Shown here in pieces: positions 9,527 to 18,832 of a stretch of DNA of 64,000 nucleotides. Where the stretch lies: sequence record PV730299.1. One strand, given 5' to 3'. This DNA is from a phage. The position numbers were made by a program, and so were the translations under genes. Below the pieces are notes generated by a model. That model did no database searches. It worked only from the letters and a program-made list of their open reading frames with translations, and was not told the origin of the DNA. Each line of letters starts with the position of its first letter. The first letter of the stretch is position 1.

Positions 9527-9880
9527 TTACGACAGCTGCTTCAGTTTGTAGATCGTCTGATAGCACAGTGTCTTGATATCGTCAAGAGTGCTCTGAAGGT
9601 GGGAGTCACACTGCTTGTAGATGCCATCGACGTCTATCACCACACTGTTAATATAGGAGATAGGGTCTGGGTTGTACAATTTGATATTCTCGAATGATGG
9701 AACATACTGACCACCCGCACCGATGTATGCTTCGGTAAACGTGTCCAGCAAGTCCTCTAGATCCCCGTAGAACTCCCCGAGTGCCTTGTGCTTGGCATAG
9801 GACGTTGTAACGAAGTGTAAGGCATGAGAGTGGGCTATAGCAAGCAGTCCACGGTTGATGAAAATACTCGCATTGACCAT
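9527..9880 (-). CDS. hypothetical protein
   Basis: 117 aa from MVNASIF; the track start at 9940 reads through the upstream terminator hairpin; SD AAGGAAAC. Confidence 0.5.
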   Translation of the reverse strand: MVNASIFINRGLLAIAHSHALHFVTTSYAKHKALGEFYGDLEDLLDTFTEAYIGAGGQYVPSFENIKLYNPDPISYINSVVIDVDGIYKQCDSHLQSTLDDIKTLCYQTIYKLKQLS

Positions 9881-9892
9881 GATTTGTTTCCT

Positions 9893-9925
9893 TAGAAAAA
9901 GAAATCCCCCTGTATTTAGGGGGAT
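9893..9925 (-). terminator. rho-independent terminator
   Basis: Hairpin ATCCCCC-N8-GGGGGAT followed by TTCTTTTTC on the minus-strand transcript. Confidence 0.6.
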
Positions 9926-9974
9926 CCAGTTACAGACCAAGTTCTTTCGCCGTGGCGTCGTCTAGTGCAACCTT

Positions 9975-10544
9975 CTAGACAGGCTTAACACCGAGGAACT
10001 TGGCAATGTCAGCAGCCAGGTTTTTACCCTTGCTGATGTCGTGTTCTTTACCGCCGACAGTAACGATCACATACGGGTCATCTTCACCACCGAAGTTCAC
10101 GGTGATCGCCTTGCCGATGCCAGGGATGCCAGAGTATTCGAACTCAGTGCGACCACTCTTGCGAGACTTGCCAGCACCCAGTGCTTTACCGATCATCTTG
10201 TCCATGTTCGCCAGTTCCTGAGCATAGGATTCGGTCACTTGGCCTTTGTTGGCAGACTTGCCAAAGAAGAATTCGAAGCCGTCATGGACAGCAACGACTT
10301 CCTGACCTTGGGAGATACCGTGAGTCTGGTCTGGGGTCAGCTTCACCTTGATGGTGTTGCCGTTGGTTAACTCCAGGTTGTAGACATCCGCCTGATTGTC
10401 AGGGGTGATCTGGGTCACGGTAGCGCCGGAACACCACTGGGTGCCGTCAGCTTGCTTGGTGATGGATACGGTCTTACCTTGGACACCAGCGTGGGTCTGA
10501 GGTTTAGCGGCTTGTTCTTTAAAATATTCGATAAAAGGTTTCAT
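9975..10544 (-). CDS. hypothetical protein, probably late-expressed
   Basis: 189 aa; SD GAGGAGAGA; TATAAATA about 25 nt upstream of ATG. Confidence 0.55.
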   Translation of the reverse strand: MKPFIEYFKEQAAKPQTHAGVQGKTVSITKQADGTQWCSGATVTQITPDNQADVYNLELTNGNTIKVKLTPDQTHGISQGQEVVAVHDGFEFFFGKSANKGQVTESYAQELANMDKMIGKALGAGKSRKSGRTEFEYSGIPGIGKAITVNFGGEDDPYVIVTVGGKEHDISKGKNLAADIAKFLGVKPV

Positions 10545-10569
10545 TGGATCTCTCCTCGGGGATTTAAGT

Positions 10570-10577
10570 TATTTATA
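10570..10577 (-). promoter_or_regulatory. T4-type late promoter core TATAAATA
   Basis: Exact TATAAATA on the minus strand immediately after the terminator hairpin of the upstream gene. Confidence 0.45.
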
Positions 10578-10601
10578 AGCCCCCGAAGGGGCTTTCGATG
10601 A

Positions 10602-13562
10602 TCAGATCTTAATCTGCATGTTGCCACCCAGGGACTGCTCGTACTCGCTGTATGCGCCTTCCCCGTAGTCTCGTGCCCACTGGTCAGACTGCTGGGCACT
10701 ATCCAGAGTCATCAGGTTTGGTTCAGTCGGGTTGTAACCCTTGGACTTCGCATCCCGGTACAGAGTCTGCAGGTACTGGTTGGCGCGGTCAATCTGAGCT
10801 TTGAACTCGCGATATGCCCCTTCAGTTGTGTTGCGGCGGAAGGTGATATCCCAGTCCACGTTCAGAGTCTGACCATCACGGCTTGCATAGATCTGCCAAT
10901 CCAGGTCGCGACCTTTTGGTGCGTTGTCGCGGATGGAGTCGGCGTATGCCGCAAGGTCGTCCTTCGGATTGTGCGACGTGCTTTTCAGAAGTAGTGCATG
11001 ACCCATACCACCGTTTGACTGAAGAGACCATTTTCCTGTTTCTCTTCCCAGGCGTTCTATGTTGTTGAGTTGGTTTATCGACAATTCAGAAGAGTCAAAT
11101 AATACCACATCACGTTTTTTGGGGGTTCTCACATAAGGGGTGAGATCAATGTCGATCATCCGGTTTATAAATTCTACCACTTCAGCTTGTTTCTTTGGCA
11201 ATGTGGTATTGATATCCGGCGTGTTTGCTACTTTCTCCAGGCGTTTGTTTTCTGCGCTTATCATGGATAGCATAATTTGTGTAACTTTGCCGTCAGACAA
11301 GTTGTAATCATTCCAAATCACTTCACCTTTATCCGTGATGGTTATATCGTTCAAGAACACCTGGTTTGGGTTGTATGACTGACTTTTCAACTGTTGGAGG
11401 TTTCTGGAAAGATATTCCATTTTTGATGAAATCTCATCAATCACACTCTGGACCATATCTTTGTTTAAAGGAAGTTCATATGTCTTTGGATTGTTCAGGG
11501 TACGCCCTTTCTGAGAGACAATTGGGGTGAATGCAACTTTACCTTTGTCGTAGTAATAGGTCACGTTGGTTATCATAGAAGCACCGGCGTATTTTCCCGT
11601 TTCGGGGAAATTGACATCCCACCGAATGGACATACCGTTGACAGTCTCACCAAACACCATGGCGTTGCGTGGCATCTTCAGGGTTCCAGAGTTGACCAGA
11701 TCATCGCCTTGGGCATTCAGGTCGATAGAACCATAGATGGCCCCGGTAATACGATCTTTCAGCATCAGGGTCTTGTCGCCCTTCTCTGGGATGATTTCCA
11801 GCGGGTGCTTGCCACGCGGAGGCTCTTTGATGAGTTCCAGCAGAGCAGTGTTCCCAGGCTTCACACGATTCAGGACAGCGTCTGACACTGTCAGAGTCCA
11901 GTTTGCGGTTTCTACATAACCCCAGCCCCGAGAACGGCGAATGGCTTTGATAGGGTATGGAGCGCTTGTTGGCACTGCGCTAATTTCCCATTTCCCAGTG
12001 TACTGGGTCTTGGCAACCTCAAAGATGGACGCAATTACCGCATTGGCGACGTCACGGGCGCTGCCTTTGGCCACGTTCTCCTCTTCAGCAATTTCGCTGA
12101 AAACTGAGTATTGAATGAAACCAGCGAGGACGTTTGTGAAGTTGACAACGATAACCAACCCGCCTGCCGTCGTGTAACGACCAGCGCCCACACGACGGAT
12201 GTTCTCACCAGGAAGAATAGAAGTGTCCAGCCCAACGTTGGTATCAATGATACCCAGAACACGAGCGATGAAACCGCTGTCACGTAATTGATCAACACTG
12301 GTTGCACCCTCGGTCGAATCCGATGCGGATTTAGACACTTTGTTCAACTTGATAGAGACAAGGGTTTCCCCGTTGACACCGATGATATCCCATTCAGTAC
12401 CCTGCTCGTTCGAGATGCGGGCAATCTTGCGCTTTGAATTGATGGCACCTTCGTAACGCCCGTTTTTGACCACAACAGAGGCAGTGGCAGCATCAGTCGC
12501 ACTTGCTGCATTTGAAAAGTCTGGGTCGGAAATACTGATGTCGACGTCACCGTTTTGAGAACGCATGCGAACACCGTTTTTGAATCGTTCCACGTTTACT
12601 TCTCGAGCACCAAGTCGTTTGGCATCAATAACAGCAGTTCCAGAACCGATAATGTTGGCTGGGTTATTTCTGTCTGAACTGTTTTGAGAACCTTTCCAAA
12701 ATTTTGTGGACGCCGTGGTGAAATCATTCAGGATACTGATAGGGACTTGCGGTAATTTCAACTGACGAGCAATGAAATCAGCACTTTGCCCACGCACAGG
12801 TTTCTCATTCATGTATGCGCCAACATACACACCCGGCTCATTGTAGTGGGGAGCGATATTTGCCGTGTTCATGCGGCCTCTCTCCTTACCAGCCCATAAC
12901 AACATGGGCTGATCCCCGTTTGAAGTCAATTTCCATCCGTTGGAATTATCAGCAGAAGATGACACACCCACATCCGGAGTATTGTTCTGAACCGGAACGT
13001 CACCGACCTTGTCTGGATCATCCCAGGTGATACCCTGCATCTTCGGACCGTCGAATACCTGAGCCGGATCTTTACCCTTGCGGACCAGCCACACATAACC
13101 ACGGTCAGGGACAGGCGCGTAGGTCAGGTCCATGACATTCAGTTTCTGTTTCAGGCCGGACTGGCGGATGATCTTAGGAATCAGGGTCATACCGCGATCC
13201 AGCGCTTTCTTAGAGAAGTTGACAGCAAAGCCATCGATGGTCTTGCCCAGAGGAGTCGCCATGAATTGTTTGGTCGCTTCGATCATGGAAGCGATAACGC
13301 GCATTGGGTTCTTGAAGCGAGCGATGGCGTCAGGATAGACGGAGCCGCGCTTCTGGCCGATGAAAACCTGACGAACGCTCTTGCCCAGCCCCTGAGGGGT
13401 ATAGAACTGAATACGGTATTCCTTTTCATCTTCGTCGATGAAGGTGAAGAACACATCGCCTGCGTTCTTCTTACCCATGGTCAGCTCATACGGAGCGGAG
13501 TTGAACGCTTCGTCCAACTGATCTCTTTCCTGCATGAACTGGAGGAAACTTAGCTTTGACAT
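10602..13562 (-). CDS. large hypothetical protein (986 aa), possibly virion-associated
   Basis: Uninterrupted 986-aa ORF with strong SD AGGAGATATAAA-ATG; CTAATTAGAA motif upstream as for gp19 and portal; no family recognised by eye. Confidence 0.7.
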   Translation of the reverse strand: MSKLSFLQFMQERDQLDEAFNSAPYELTMGKKNAGDVFFTFIDEDEKEYRIQFYTPQGLGKSVRQVFIGQKRGSVYPDAIARFKNPMRVIASMIEATKQFMATPLGKTIDGFAVNFSKKALDRGMTLIPKIIRQSGLKQKLNVMDLTYAPVPDRGYVWLVRKGKDPAQVFDGPKMQGITWDDPDKVGDVPVQNNTPDVGVSSSADNSNGWKLTSNGDQPMLLWAGKERGRMNTANIAPHYNEPGVYVGAYMNEKPVRGQSADFIARQLKLPQVPISILNDFTTASTKFWKGSQNSSDRNNPANIIGSGTAVIDAKRLGAREVNVERFKNGVRMRSQNGDVDISISDPDFSNAASATDAATASVVVKNGRYEGAINSKRKIARISNEQGTEWDIIGVNGETLVSIKLNKVSKSASDSTEGATSVDQLRDSGFIARVLGIIDTNVGLDTSILPGENIRRVGAGRYTTAGGLVIVVNFTNVLAGFIQYSVFSEIAEEENVAKGSARDVANAVIASIFEVAKTQYTGKWEISAVPTSAPYPIKAIRRSRGWGYVETANWTLTVSDAVLNRVKPGNTALLELIKEPPRGKHPLEIIPEKGDKTLMLKDRITGAIYGSIDLNAQGDDLVNSGTLKMPRNAMVFGETVNGMSIRWDVNFPETGKYAGASMITNVTYYYDKGKVAFTPIVSQKGRTLNNPKTYELPLNKDMVQSVIDEISSKMEYLSRNLQQLKSQSYNPNQVFLNDITITDKGEVIWNDYNLSDGKVTQIMLSMISAENKRLEKVANTPDINTTLPKKQAEVVEFINRMIDIDLTPYVRTPKKRDVVLFDSSELSINQLNNIERLGRETGKWSLQSNGGMGHALLLKSTSHNPKDDLAAYADSIRDNAPKGRDLDWQIYASRDGQTLNVDWDITFRRNTTEGAYREFKAQIDRANQYLQTLYRDAKSKGYNPTEPNLMTLDSAQQSDQWARDYGEGAYSEYEQSLGGNMQIKI

Positions 13563-13637
13563 TTTATATCTCCTGACTGAATTAATGGCGGTTTCTTCTA
13601 ATTAGCGAAACCAAAAGGGAGCGTCAGCCCCCTTATC

Positions 13638-13973
13638 TTATTTTTGAACTTGGGCTACAGACATCGCCCAGAGCGGGAGGGTGTGGGGGTCCAGGGCTTC
13701 CAGTAGATATTCGACGCGCTCTGACATGATACCTTCAGGGAAGTTTACTTCTTCTGGTTCGTTGTTGGCCGTCCAACCCAAGGTCAGTCCTTCAGCGTGA
13801 TGGATGATATAAACGAAGTCGTCTGGTTCGTAGTCCTTTTCCATCAGGTCGAAGAACGCTTCCATCTCTTCGTCGGAGAAGTAGTAGATGCGAGGTACGG
13901 AGCCGTCAGCAAAGTGCTCAGCACCCTGGAAGGCAAACATGTCATCGGCGGTGAAGTTCTTGAGTTGTGTCAT
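13638..13973 (-). CDS. hypothetical small acidic protein
   Basis: 111 aa from MTQLKNF, D/E-rich; AGGAACTATATC-ATG initiation region. Confidence 0.55.
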   Translation of the reverse strand: MTQLKNFTADDMFAFQGAEHFADGSVPRIYYFSDEEMEAFFDLMEKDYEPDDFVYIIHHAEGLTLGWTANNEPEEVNFPEGIMSERVEYLLEALDPHTLPLWAMSVAQVQK

Positions 13974-13995
13974 GATATAGTTCCTTCGGTTCAAA

Positions 13996-14271
13996 TTAAC
14001 GGCGGAAAGGGCGGTTTGCGTTTTCGCGGTTAGACCAATTCTTTTCAGCCCGAGCGATAGCCGCTGGACTCCATTCGCGCTCCCACTCTTTGTCTACTTC
14101 AGCCTGGTTGGCAGGCTCTACCATTTCAACGCCAGGGAAGTCGCGTGACATGATTTCGCGCAGCTGGGCAGCTGGGGCGGTCTGGGCGTGGATCAATTCT
14201 TCGCCGTCGTAAACCTTGGCCATCAGGTATTTCTGACCGTGGCGGATATATGCGTCGAGAATAATTTTCAT
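13996..14271 (-). CDS. hypothetical protein
   Basis: 92 aa from MKIILDAY; SD AGGAAC; first gene after the promoter at 14320-14348. Confidence 0.55.
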   Translation of the reverse strand: MKIILDAYIRHGQKYLMAKVYDGEELIHAQTAPAAQLREIMSRDFPGVEMVEPANQAEVDKEWEREWSPAAIARAEKNWSNRENANRPFRR

Positions 14272-14319
14272 GGTGTAGTTCCTGCTTTTCAAGTTGGTGT
14301 TGTACTGCTTATGGAATGA

Positions 14320-14348
14320 AGTATAGGGAAGGATATTGAAGAAGTAAA
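14320..14348 (-). promoter_or_regulatory. sigma70-like early promoter (TTTACT-N17-TATACT) with conserved leader
   Basis: Minus-strand TTTACTTCTTCAATATCCTTCCCTATACTTCATTCCATAAGCAGTAC; the run TATACTTCATTCCATAAGCAGTAC is identical at 51160-51188. Confidence 0.55.
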
Positions 14349-14378
14349 GGGGCGAAAGCCCCTTTTATTGAATTATTT

Positions 14379-15017
14379 TTACGGCGTCGGATTCGCAACC
14401 GGAATGTGGGATCGAATACCTGCGATGATATCCTTCAGCTGTGGTTTCCAGCCATTTACCAAACGGGGGAGAGCGATAGCGCCAGGCTGGACCAAAATGA
14501 TGTCGCTGCCTGTGATATTGTGCTGAGGGAACTGGGCAAGGTACTGCTCCATGGTGACACCCTCATCAATCAGAACCGCACCGACGTCAGACGATGCGTA
14601 GGTTGCACCCAGACCGTCAACGCCCCACGCCAAAATACCCCAGTCAGGGATGTTGGCTTCAGATGTGATGGTGAATCCAAACACGGTGTTCAGTGAGGTA
14701 AAGGAATAGACATCGTGGGTGAGGTCATACACCAGATACCCCTTGGCCAGCATATCGGCAAAGATCGCGTCCGTATCGCCTGCAGCCGGAGTCGGTACAG
14801 TAAACAACAACTCGCCCTCAGGAGGGGCAGGATACGTACCGAGGGCATAGAGGCACCATGCGTCAATACACTTCTTGATAAATGCCTCCGGTGCGACATA
14901 ATCAGCAAGGCGAACCGTGCCTGAGTACTCGGATACGATGATGCCTTCCTTCGCACCCTGTAGAGCAATGAAGACCAAGATATGTTCATATCCGGCCTGA
15001 GATGGAGTGATGTTCAT
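14379..15017 (-). CDS. hypothetical protein
   Basis: 212 aa from MNITPSQ with SD GAGGA; the track start at 15113 overlaps the upstream gene. Confidence 0.55.
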   Translation of the reverse strand: MNITPSQAGYEHILVFIALQGAKEGIIVSEYSGTVRLADYVAPEAFIKKCIDAWCLYALGTYPAPPEGELLFTVPTPAAGDTDAIFADMLAKGYLVYDLTHDVYSFTSLNTVFGFTITSEANIPDWGILAWGVDGLGATYASSDVGAVLIDEGVTMEQYLAQFPQHNITGSDIILVQPGAIALPRLVNGWKPQLKDIIAGIRSHIPVANPTP

Positions 15018-15631
15018 TATCTTGTCCTCTTCAGTTTCTCTATCGTGTGCTTGTTCATGGCGATCACCCGAGGATCTACCTCGGAGATGGTCCGGCCTTT
15101 GAAGGACACACATTTCTGAAGATATTTAGCTTTCTTCACGACGTCAGCGGCATAAGCGTTCGATGCAGGATTACGGGCAAAGCCAGCATTGTAAGAGGAG
15201 AGGGATTTGCGGATATTCTGATTGTGATAGGTCAGCCAGAACTGCATCTCATCGAGGGCGGCTTGCGCGGCATATTCTTGGTCGGTCAGCAACTTTATGG
15301 CGACATTGGCATAGCACTTGCGATTCTTACAACCTTCGCGATCACCAACTGTCTTCACCTTGTTCTGAAAGGCTCCCATGTTGGCCGCCTTGAGGCCGTA
15401 TCGCATTGACACTACATCTTCACCAGCGCGGCTCTCTCGCCAAGATATGGCGGCCAGAGTGTAGCCAAGATCTTGTGTCTTGCCTACGTGATAGGCGGTT
15501 GCCATCGTATTAAGTTGTTGCTCGGAGAAATTATAATCACATTGGGTGGTACTTTGGGAAGCGTGCACATTCCCGCTGGCAATGGTAAAGGTCACGGACA
15601 AGGCCATGGCCTTCAACGTTGTCATCGTCAT
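15017..15631 (-). CDS. secreted lytic transglycosylase-like protein (SLT domain)
   Basis: N-terminal signal peptide MTMTTLKAMALSVTFTIASGNVHA; catalytic-region motifs ISWRESRAG and YNAG as in SLT/IagB-family transglycosylases. Confidence 0.6.
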   Translation of the reverse strand: MTMTTLKAMALSVTFTIASGNVHASQSTTQCDYNFSEQQLNTMATAYHVGKTQDLGYTLAAISWRESRAGEDVVSMRYGLKAANMGAFQNKVKTVGDREGCKNRKCYANVAIKLLTDQEYAAQAALDEMQFWLTYHNQNIRKSLSSYNAGFARNPASNAYAADVVKKAKYLQKCVSFKGRTISEVDPRVIAMNKHTIEKLKRTR

Positions 15632-15728
15632 GATGGCGTTCCTTATGTTTTGTCGACTTGCAGCTCGCTTGAGCCTCCTGACAGGGGTTAAAAGATAAAG
15701 GGCACGTGGTATTTAGTGCCCTTCAGCC

Positions 15729-16013
15729 TCATTCGTAGATGAGGTGGTAGGATTCCTCGATGCACTCCAGCCAGCCATAGACGAACTGTAGAGGGTCATC
15801 CCATGCCGTCTTGGTCGCGACGGTAAAGTTGCCGTCCAGGATCTGCATATCTTGGTACTTGTTGAAAGCGAGTACAGCATCAACCACAATCAGGCCGCCC
15901 TGCTCAAGATAACGATTCAGAGTGACGGTCACTTGGTAATGAGGATTCCTGCGATTCCATATCTCCACAGCAATGTCACAGGATTCCTGAATTTCATCTT
16001 TGTTTTCTGACAT
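15729..16013 (-). CDS. hypothetical protein
   Basis: 94-aa ORF in the operon-like run, terminator-like hairpin downstream. Confidence 0.5.
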   Translation of the reverse strand: MSENKDEIQESCDIAVEIWNRRNPHYQVTVTLNRYLEQGGLIVVDAVLAFNKYQDMQILDGNFTVATKTAWDDPLQFVYGWLECIEESYHLIYE

Positions 16014-16323
16014 ACGTTTGTCTCAGATGTTCAGTAAAGGATTTACCCAGCTTGCGGAATAGTTTAATACGACCAATGACTTTGACGTAAACATCTCCGT
16101 GGCAGGGGCGCGGCTTACACCAGCACCCCAATACCTTCCCGTCAAGATCAAGGAGTTCATCCTCAGTGATATCCCCTTCAATCAGGCGCACATACAGGTC
16201 GTCCTCAAACAGTTCGATACAGACGCCTCGTCCATGGTCTTTGACCTCAAACGGGTTCCCCCATTTACCAGGCCGACCAATGTAGACGTCATATGGCTCC
16301 TTCTTGAAGTGGACGACTTTCAT
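15994..16323 (-). CDS. DUF4326-like protein
   Basis: 109 aa with GRPGKWGNPF and LGCWCKPRPCHGDV motifs characteristic of DUF4326. Confidence 0.6.
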   Translation of the reverse strand: MKVVHFKKEPYDVYIGRPGKWGNPFEVKDHGRGVCIELFEDDLYVRLIEGDITEDELLDLDGKVLGCWCKPRPCHGDVYVKVIGRIKLFRKLGKSFTEHLRQTYVRKQR

Positions 16324-16484
16324 TTCAGGATTTGACCTGCAAGTAGATAACAGAACCAGACAGAGAACCCGAGATACCCCAGTGATTTCAGGTAGTTTTT
16401 CCTTTCGACTTCACGAGAAAACGCAACGATGTCAATGATGCATGCAAAGATCAGTATTGCGAGTTTAATTTGTTCGTAGTTCAT
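16320..16484 (-). CDS. small membrane protein (not in the ORF track, under 60 aa)
   Basis: 54 codons, MNYEQIKLAILIFACIIDIVAF...LGYLGFSVWFCYLLAG, two hydrophobic segments; SD AAGGATTGATC-ATG; stop overlaps the next start (ATGA). Confidence 0.4.
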   Translation of the reverse strand: MNYEQIKLAILIFACIIDIVAFSREVERKNYLKSLGYLGFSVWFCYLLAGQILK

Positions 16485-16486
16485 GA

Positions 16487-18832
16487 TCAATCCTTCTTGA
16501 TAACTTCAGTCAGGCCGTTTCGCAGACCGTAGCGAATGTTGTGTTGGAAGTATTCCTGGAACTCCTGCTCACGCTGACTGATGACAAACAGGTTGTTCCC
16601 ACCGAACTTATGCTTCAACATCTCAACAGATTCCTGCACCCCGCGCTCGCTCATGTTCTCAAGGATCTCGTCCAGCACGAACAGGTTACATTGTACAGAC
16701 GCCTTGAGGTTAGCCACATCGCGCAGGGCTAATGTCACAGCCAGGTTCAGACGACTGCGCTGGCCAGTAGACAGGGAGAAGATACTCTGTCCTTTGCGAC
16801 CTGCTGCGCTCATGGTGATCTCAAAGGTATCGTCAACAACGATGTCCAAGAACATGTTGAGGGCTTCAAGATACTCGTTGATCTTACTATTGAGGAATGG
16901 CAGATACAGAGCGATGATACGCGCCTTGGTCTGGTCATCTTTCAAGAAGAACAGCAGGTGCTGTAAGTCCTGGAGTTCCTGGTCGGCATCCTCGCGGCGC
17001 TGGTATAGATCCTCCAGTTCACCTTCCAACGCAGCGATAGAGTTCTCTAGGTCGGTGGTAGGTGTTGGCTGTACAGCCAGTTTACGCTCCAGATCGGCAA
17101 TAGACGCCACGAGAGGAGCACGACGGGCTTTCAGCTCGGCGATCTTATCATCGACGACTTTAATCCCGCTGACGGCATTCTCTCGCGTCTGTTGCAGCGA
17201 AGCGGTGATGTCTTCAAAACGAACGTTCAGTGCCTTACGGATGTCAAGGATCTTCTGTTGGCATTCACGGTTCAGTGAATTACATTCAATCGTGGCGGTA
17301 TCATGAAAACCTTGAATATCACGGCGCAGCTGCTTGATGTTGTCAACGATTTCGTCGGCCTGCTTGCGCATTGCATCCAGTTCAGCATCCAACACAGCAA
17401 TGTCAGCAACCAGCTTGTCGTCCTGAGCCTTGTGATCATCGATCAGGACATTGATATCGGCGGTAACTTTGTCCAGTTGATCTAACTTCGACTGTAGTTC
17501 CTGGATCTGAGGATTGTACTCACTCTCAATCCGCGCCTTGGTGTCATCAGACACCAGTTGGGTACATGTTGGGCAAGTCCCCATATCGTGGAAGCGCTTG
17601 ATGGCCGACTGATGCCCCTCCATTTCAGTCTGGAACTTGATGCGGAAGTTCTCACCCTGTTGGCGACGCTGGATAGCAGCGTTCAGGGCGTCCAGATTTG
17701 TGTTGCGCTCGGTGAGCAGGGTGTTCTTGCGTTCGGCCACTGTAAAGGCGCGGTCACGCAAGACCTGAAGATCATGCTCCGCAGTAGACACTTCGATGCG
17801 CTCATAATCGTCAGCCTTGTCCTGCGCGGCGTCCTTCACCGCCTGGATCTTGGTATCAAAGTCTTTCTTGACAGCCTCGATCTCTACCATGGATTCATCA
17901 TGCAGGCGGCTTTCCACCGTCTTCATTTCCTGGGTGGCTTCAAACTCCACAGCCGTGAGGCGGGTGCGCTCTTCGTTCTGGGAAGCGATGTCGATATCCA
18001 GGGAATTCAGGGCTTCCTGTTGCTGTACAAGGATATCGGCCGATTGCTGTCGGATCAGGGCGTTGGATTGCTCGATCTGCTGAAGCTGCGTCTTCTTGTT
18101 GGTGTGGTCAACAACCTTCAGTGCGCATTCGTTAGATATAGAGTCCAGAGTTGCATTTGTCCTTTTGATGGCGGCCTTGACATCTTCGTTCATCAGGCTG
18201 AAGAAGCCCAAGTCCCAGATAGTCTCCACCATGGCGCGGCGGTCGGCTGTGTACATCTCCGTGAACGGAATGAACTTCTCTTTGCCCAGCACCAGAGAGT
18301 TCTCAAACATCTTCTGGTCCACGCCGATGAGGTTCACGATGTACTTGTTCATGTCGGCTTTGGCTGCTTCGTTATCGATCTTCAACCACTTGCCGTCCAC
18401 CATCTGGTATACTTCAACAAAGTCAGGTTTAATGCCACGGCGAACCTTCCATTCGCTACCACGGCAGGCAAACTCCACCTCACCCACACATTCCTTGCGG
18501 CTCTGTGAGTTAACCAGGCCTGCCTTCTTCTCCTTCTTGCTGTATGTGTCGTTGTACAGTACGAAAAACAGCAGCCATACCAGCATCGTGGATTTACCCG
18601 CGCCGTTGTCATCAGACGTGACAAGGGTGGCCGGGTTGCGCTGATAATCAATCTCCATGAACTGATTGCCGATGGAGCGGAAGTTCTTGGCGCGGCCTTT
18701 ACGGAAGGTCAGTTTGTGTGTAACAACGTTACGCACTTCAAATGGGACTTCAACCTCGACCGGGGCGTCGGCTTCCTTCAAAAGATTACCAAATTTGGTC
18801 AAGATATCTGTGCTCTGAGTCATGTTATGCAT
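16487..18832 (-). CDS. 46: recombination endonuclease subunit, T4 gp46-like (Rad50/SbcC family)
   Basis: 781 aa; Walker A GAGKST, zinc hook CPTC, signature STGQRSRLNLA and Walker B LFVLDE, long coiled-coil region. Confidence 0.9.
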   Translation of the reverse strand: MHNMTQSTDILTKFGNLLKEADAPVEVEVPFEVRNVVTHKLTFRKGRAKNFRSIGNQFMEIDYQRNPATLVTSDDNGAGKSTMLVWLLFFVLYNDTYSKKEKKAGLVNSQSRKECVGEVEFACRGSEWKVRRGIKPDFVEVYQMVDGKWLKIDNEAAKADMNKYIVNLIGVDQKMFENSLVLGKEKFIPFTEMYTADRRAMVETIWDLGFFSLMNEDVKAAIKRTNATLDSISNECALKVVDHTNKKTQLQQIEQSNALIRQQSADILVQQQEALNSLDIDIASQNEERTRLTAVEFEATQEMKTVESRLHDESMVEIEAVKKDFDTKIQAVKDAAQDKADDYERIEVSTAEHDLQVLRDRAFTVAERKNTLLTERNTNLDALNAAIQRRQQGENFRIKFQTEMEGHQSAIKRFHDMGTCPTCTQLVSDDTKARIESEYNPQIQELQSKLDQLDKVTADINVLIDDHKAQDDKLVADIAVLDAELDAMRKQADEIVDNIKQLRRDIQGFHDTATIECNSLNRECQQKILDIRKALNVRFEDITASLQQTRENAVSGIKVVDDKIAELKARRAPLVASIADLERKLAVQPTPTTDLENSIAALEGELEDLYQRREDADQELQDLQHLLFFLKDDQTKARIIALYLPFLNSKINEYLEALNMFLDIVVDDTFEITMSAAGRKGQSIFSLSTGQRSRLNLAVTLALRDVANLKASVQCNLFVLDEILENMSERGVQESVEMLKHKFGGNNLFVISQREQEFQEYFQHNIRYGLRNGLTEVIKKD

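Noticed and set aside
14282-14380. MotA-box-like TGCTTA on the plus strand within the conserved cassette (T4 middle promoter)
   Set aside because: It lies on the strand opposite to all nearby genes and the following -10 is poor; more parsimoniously it is the reverse complement of the conserved minus-strand leader
16581-18644. Long plus-strand ORFs (16581-17306, 17558-18508, 18096-18644) inside the gp46 region
   Set aside because: They are antisense to a well-supported gene, have biased low-complexity composition (Ser/Arg/Leu-rich) and no SD; typical shadow ORFs
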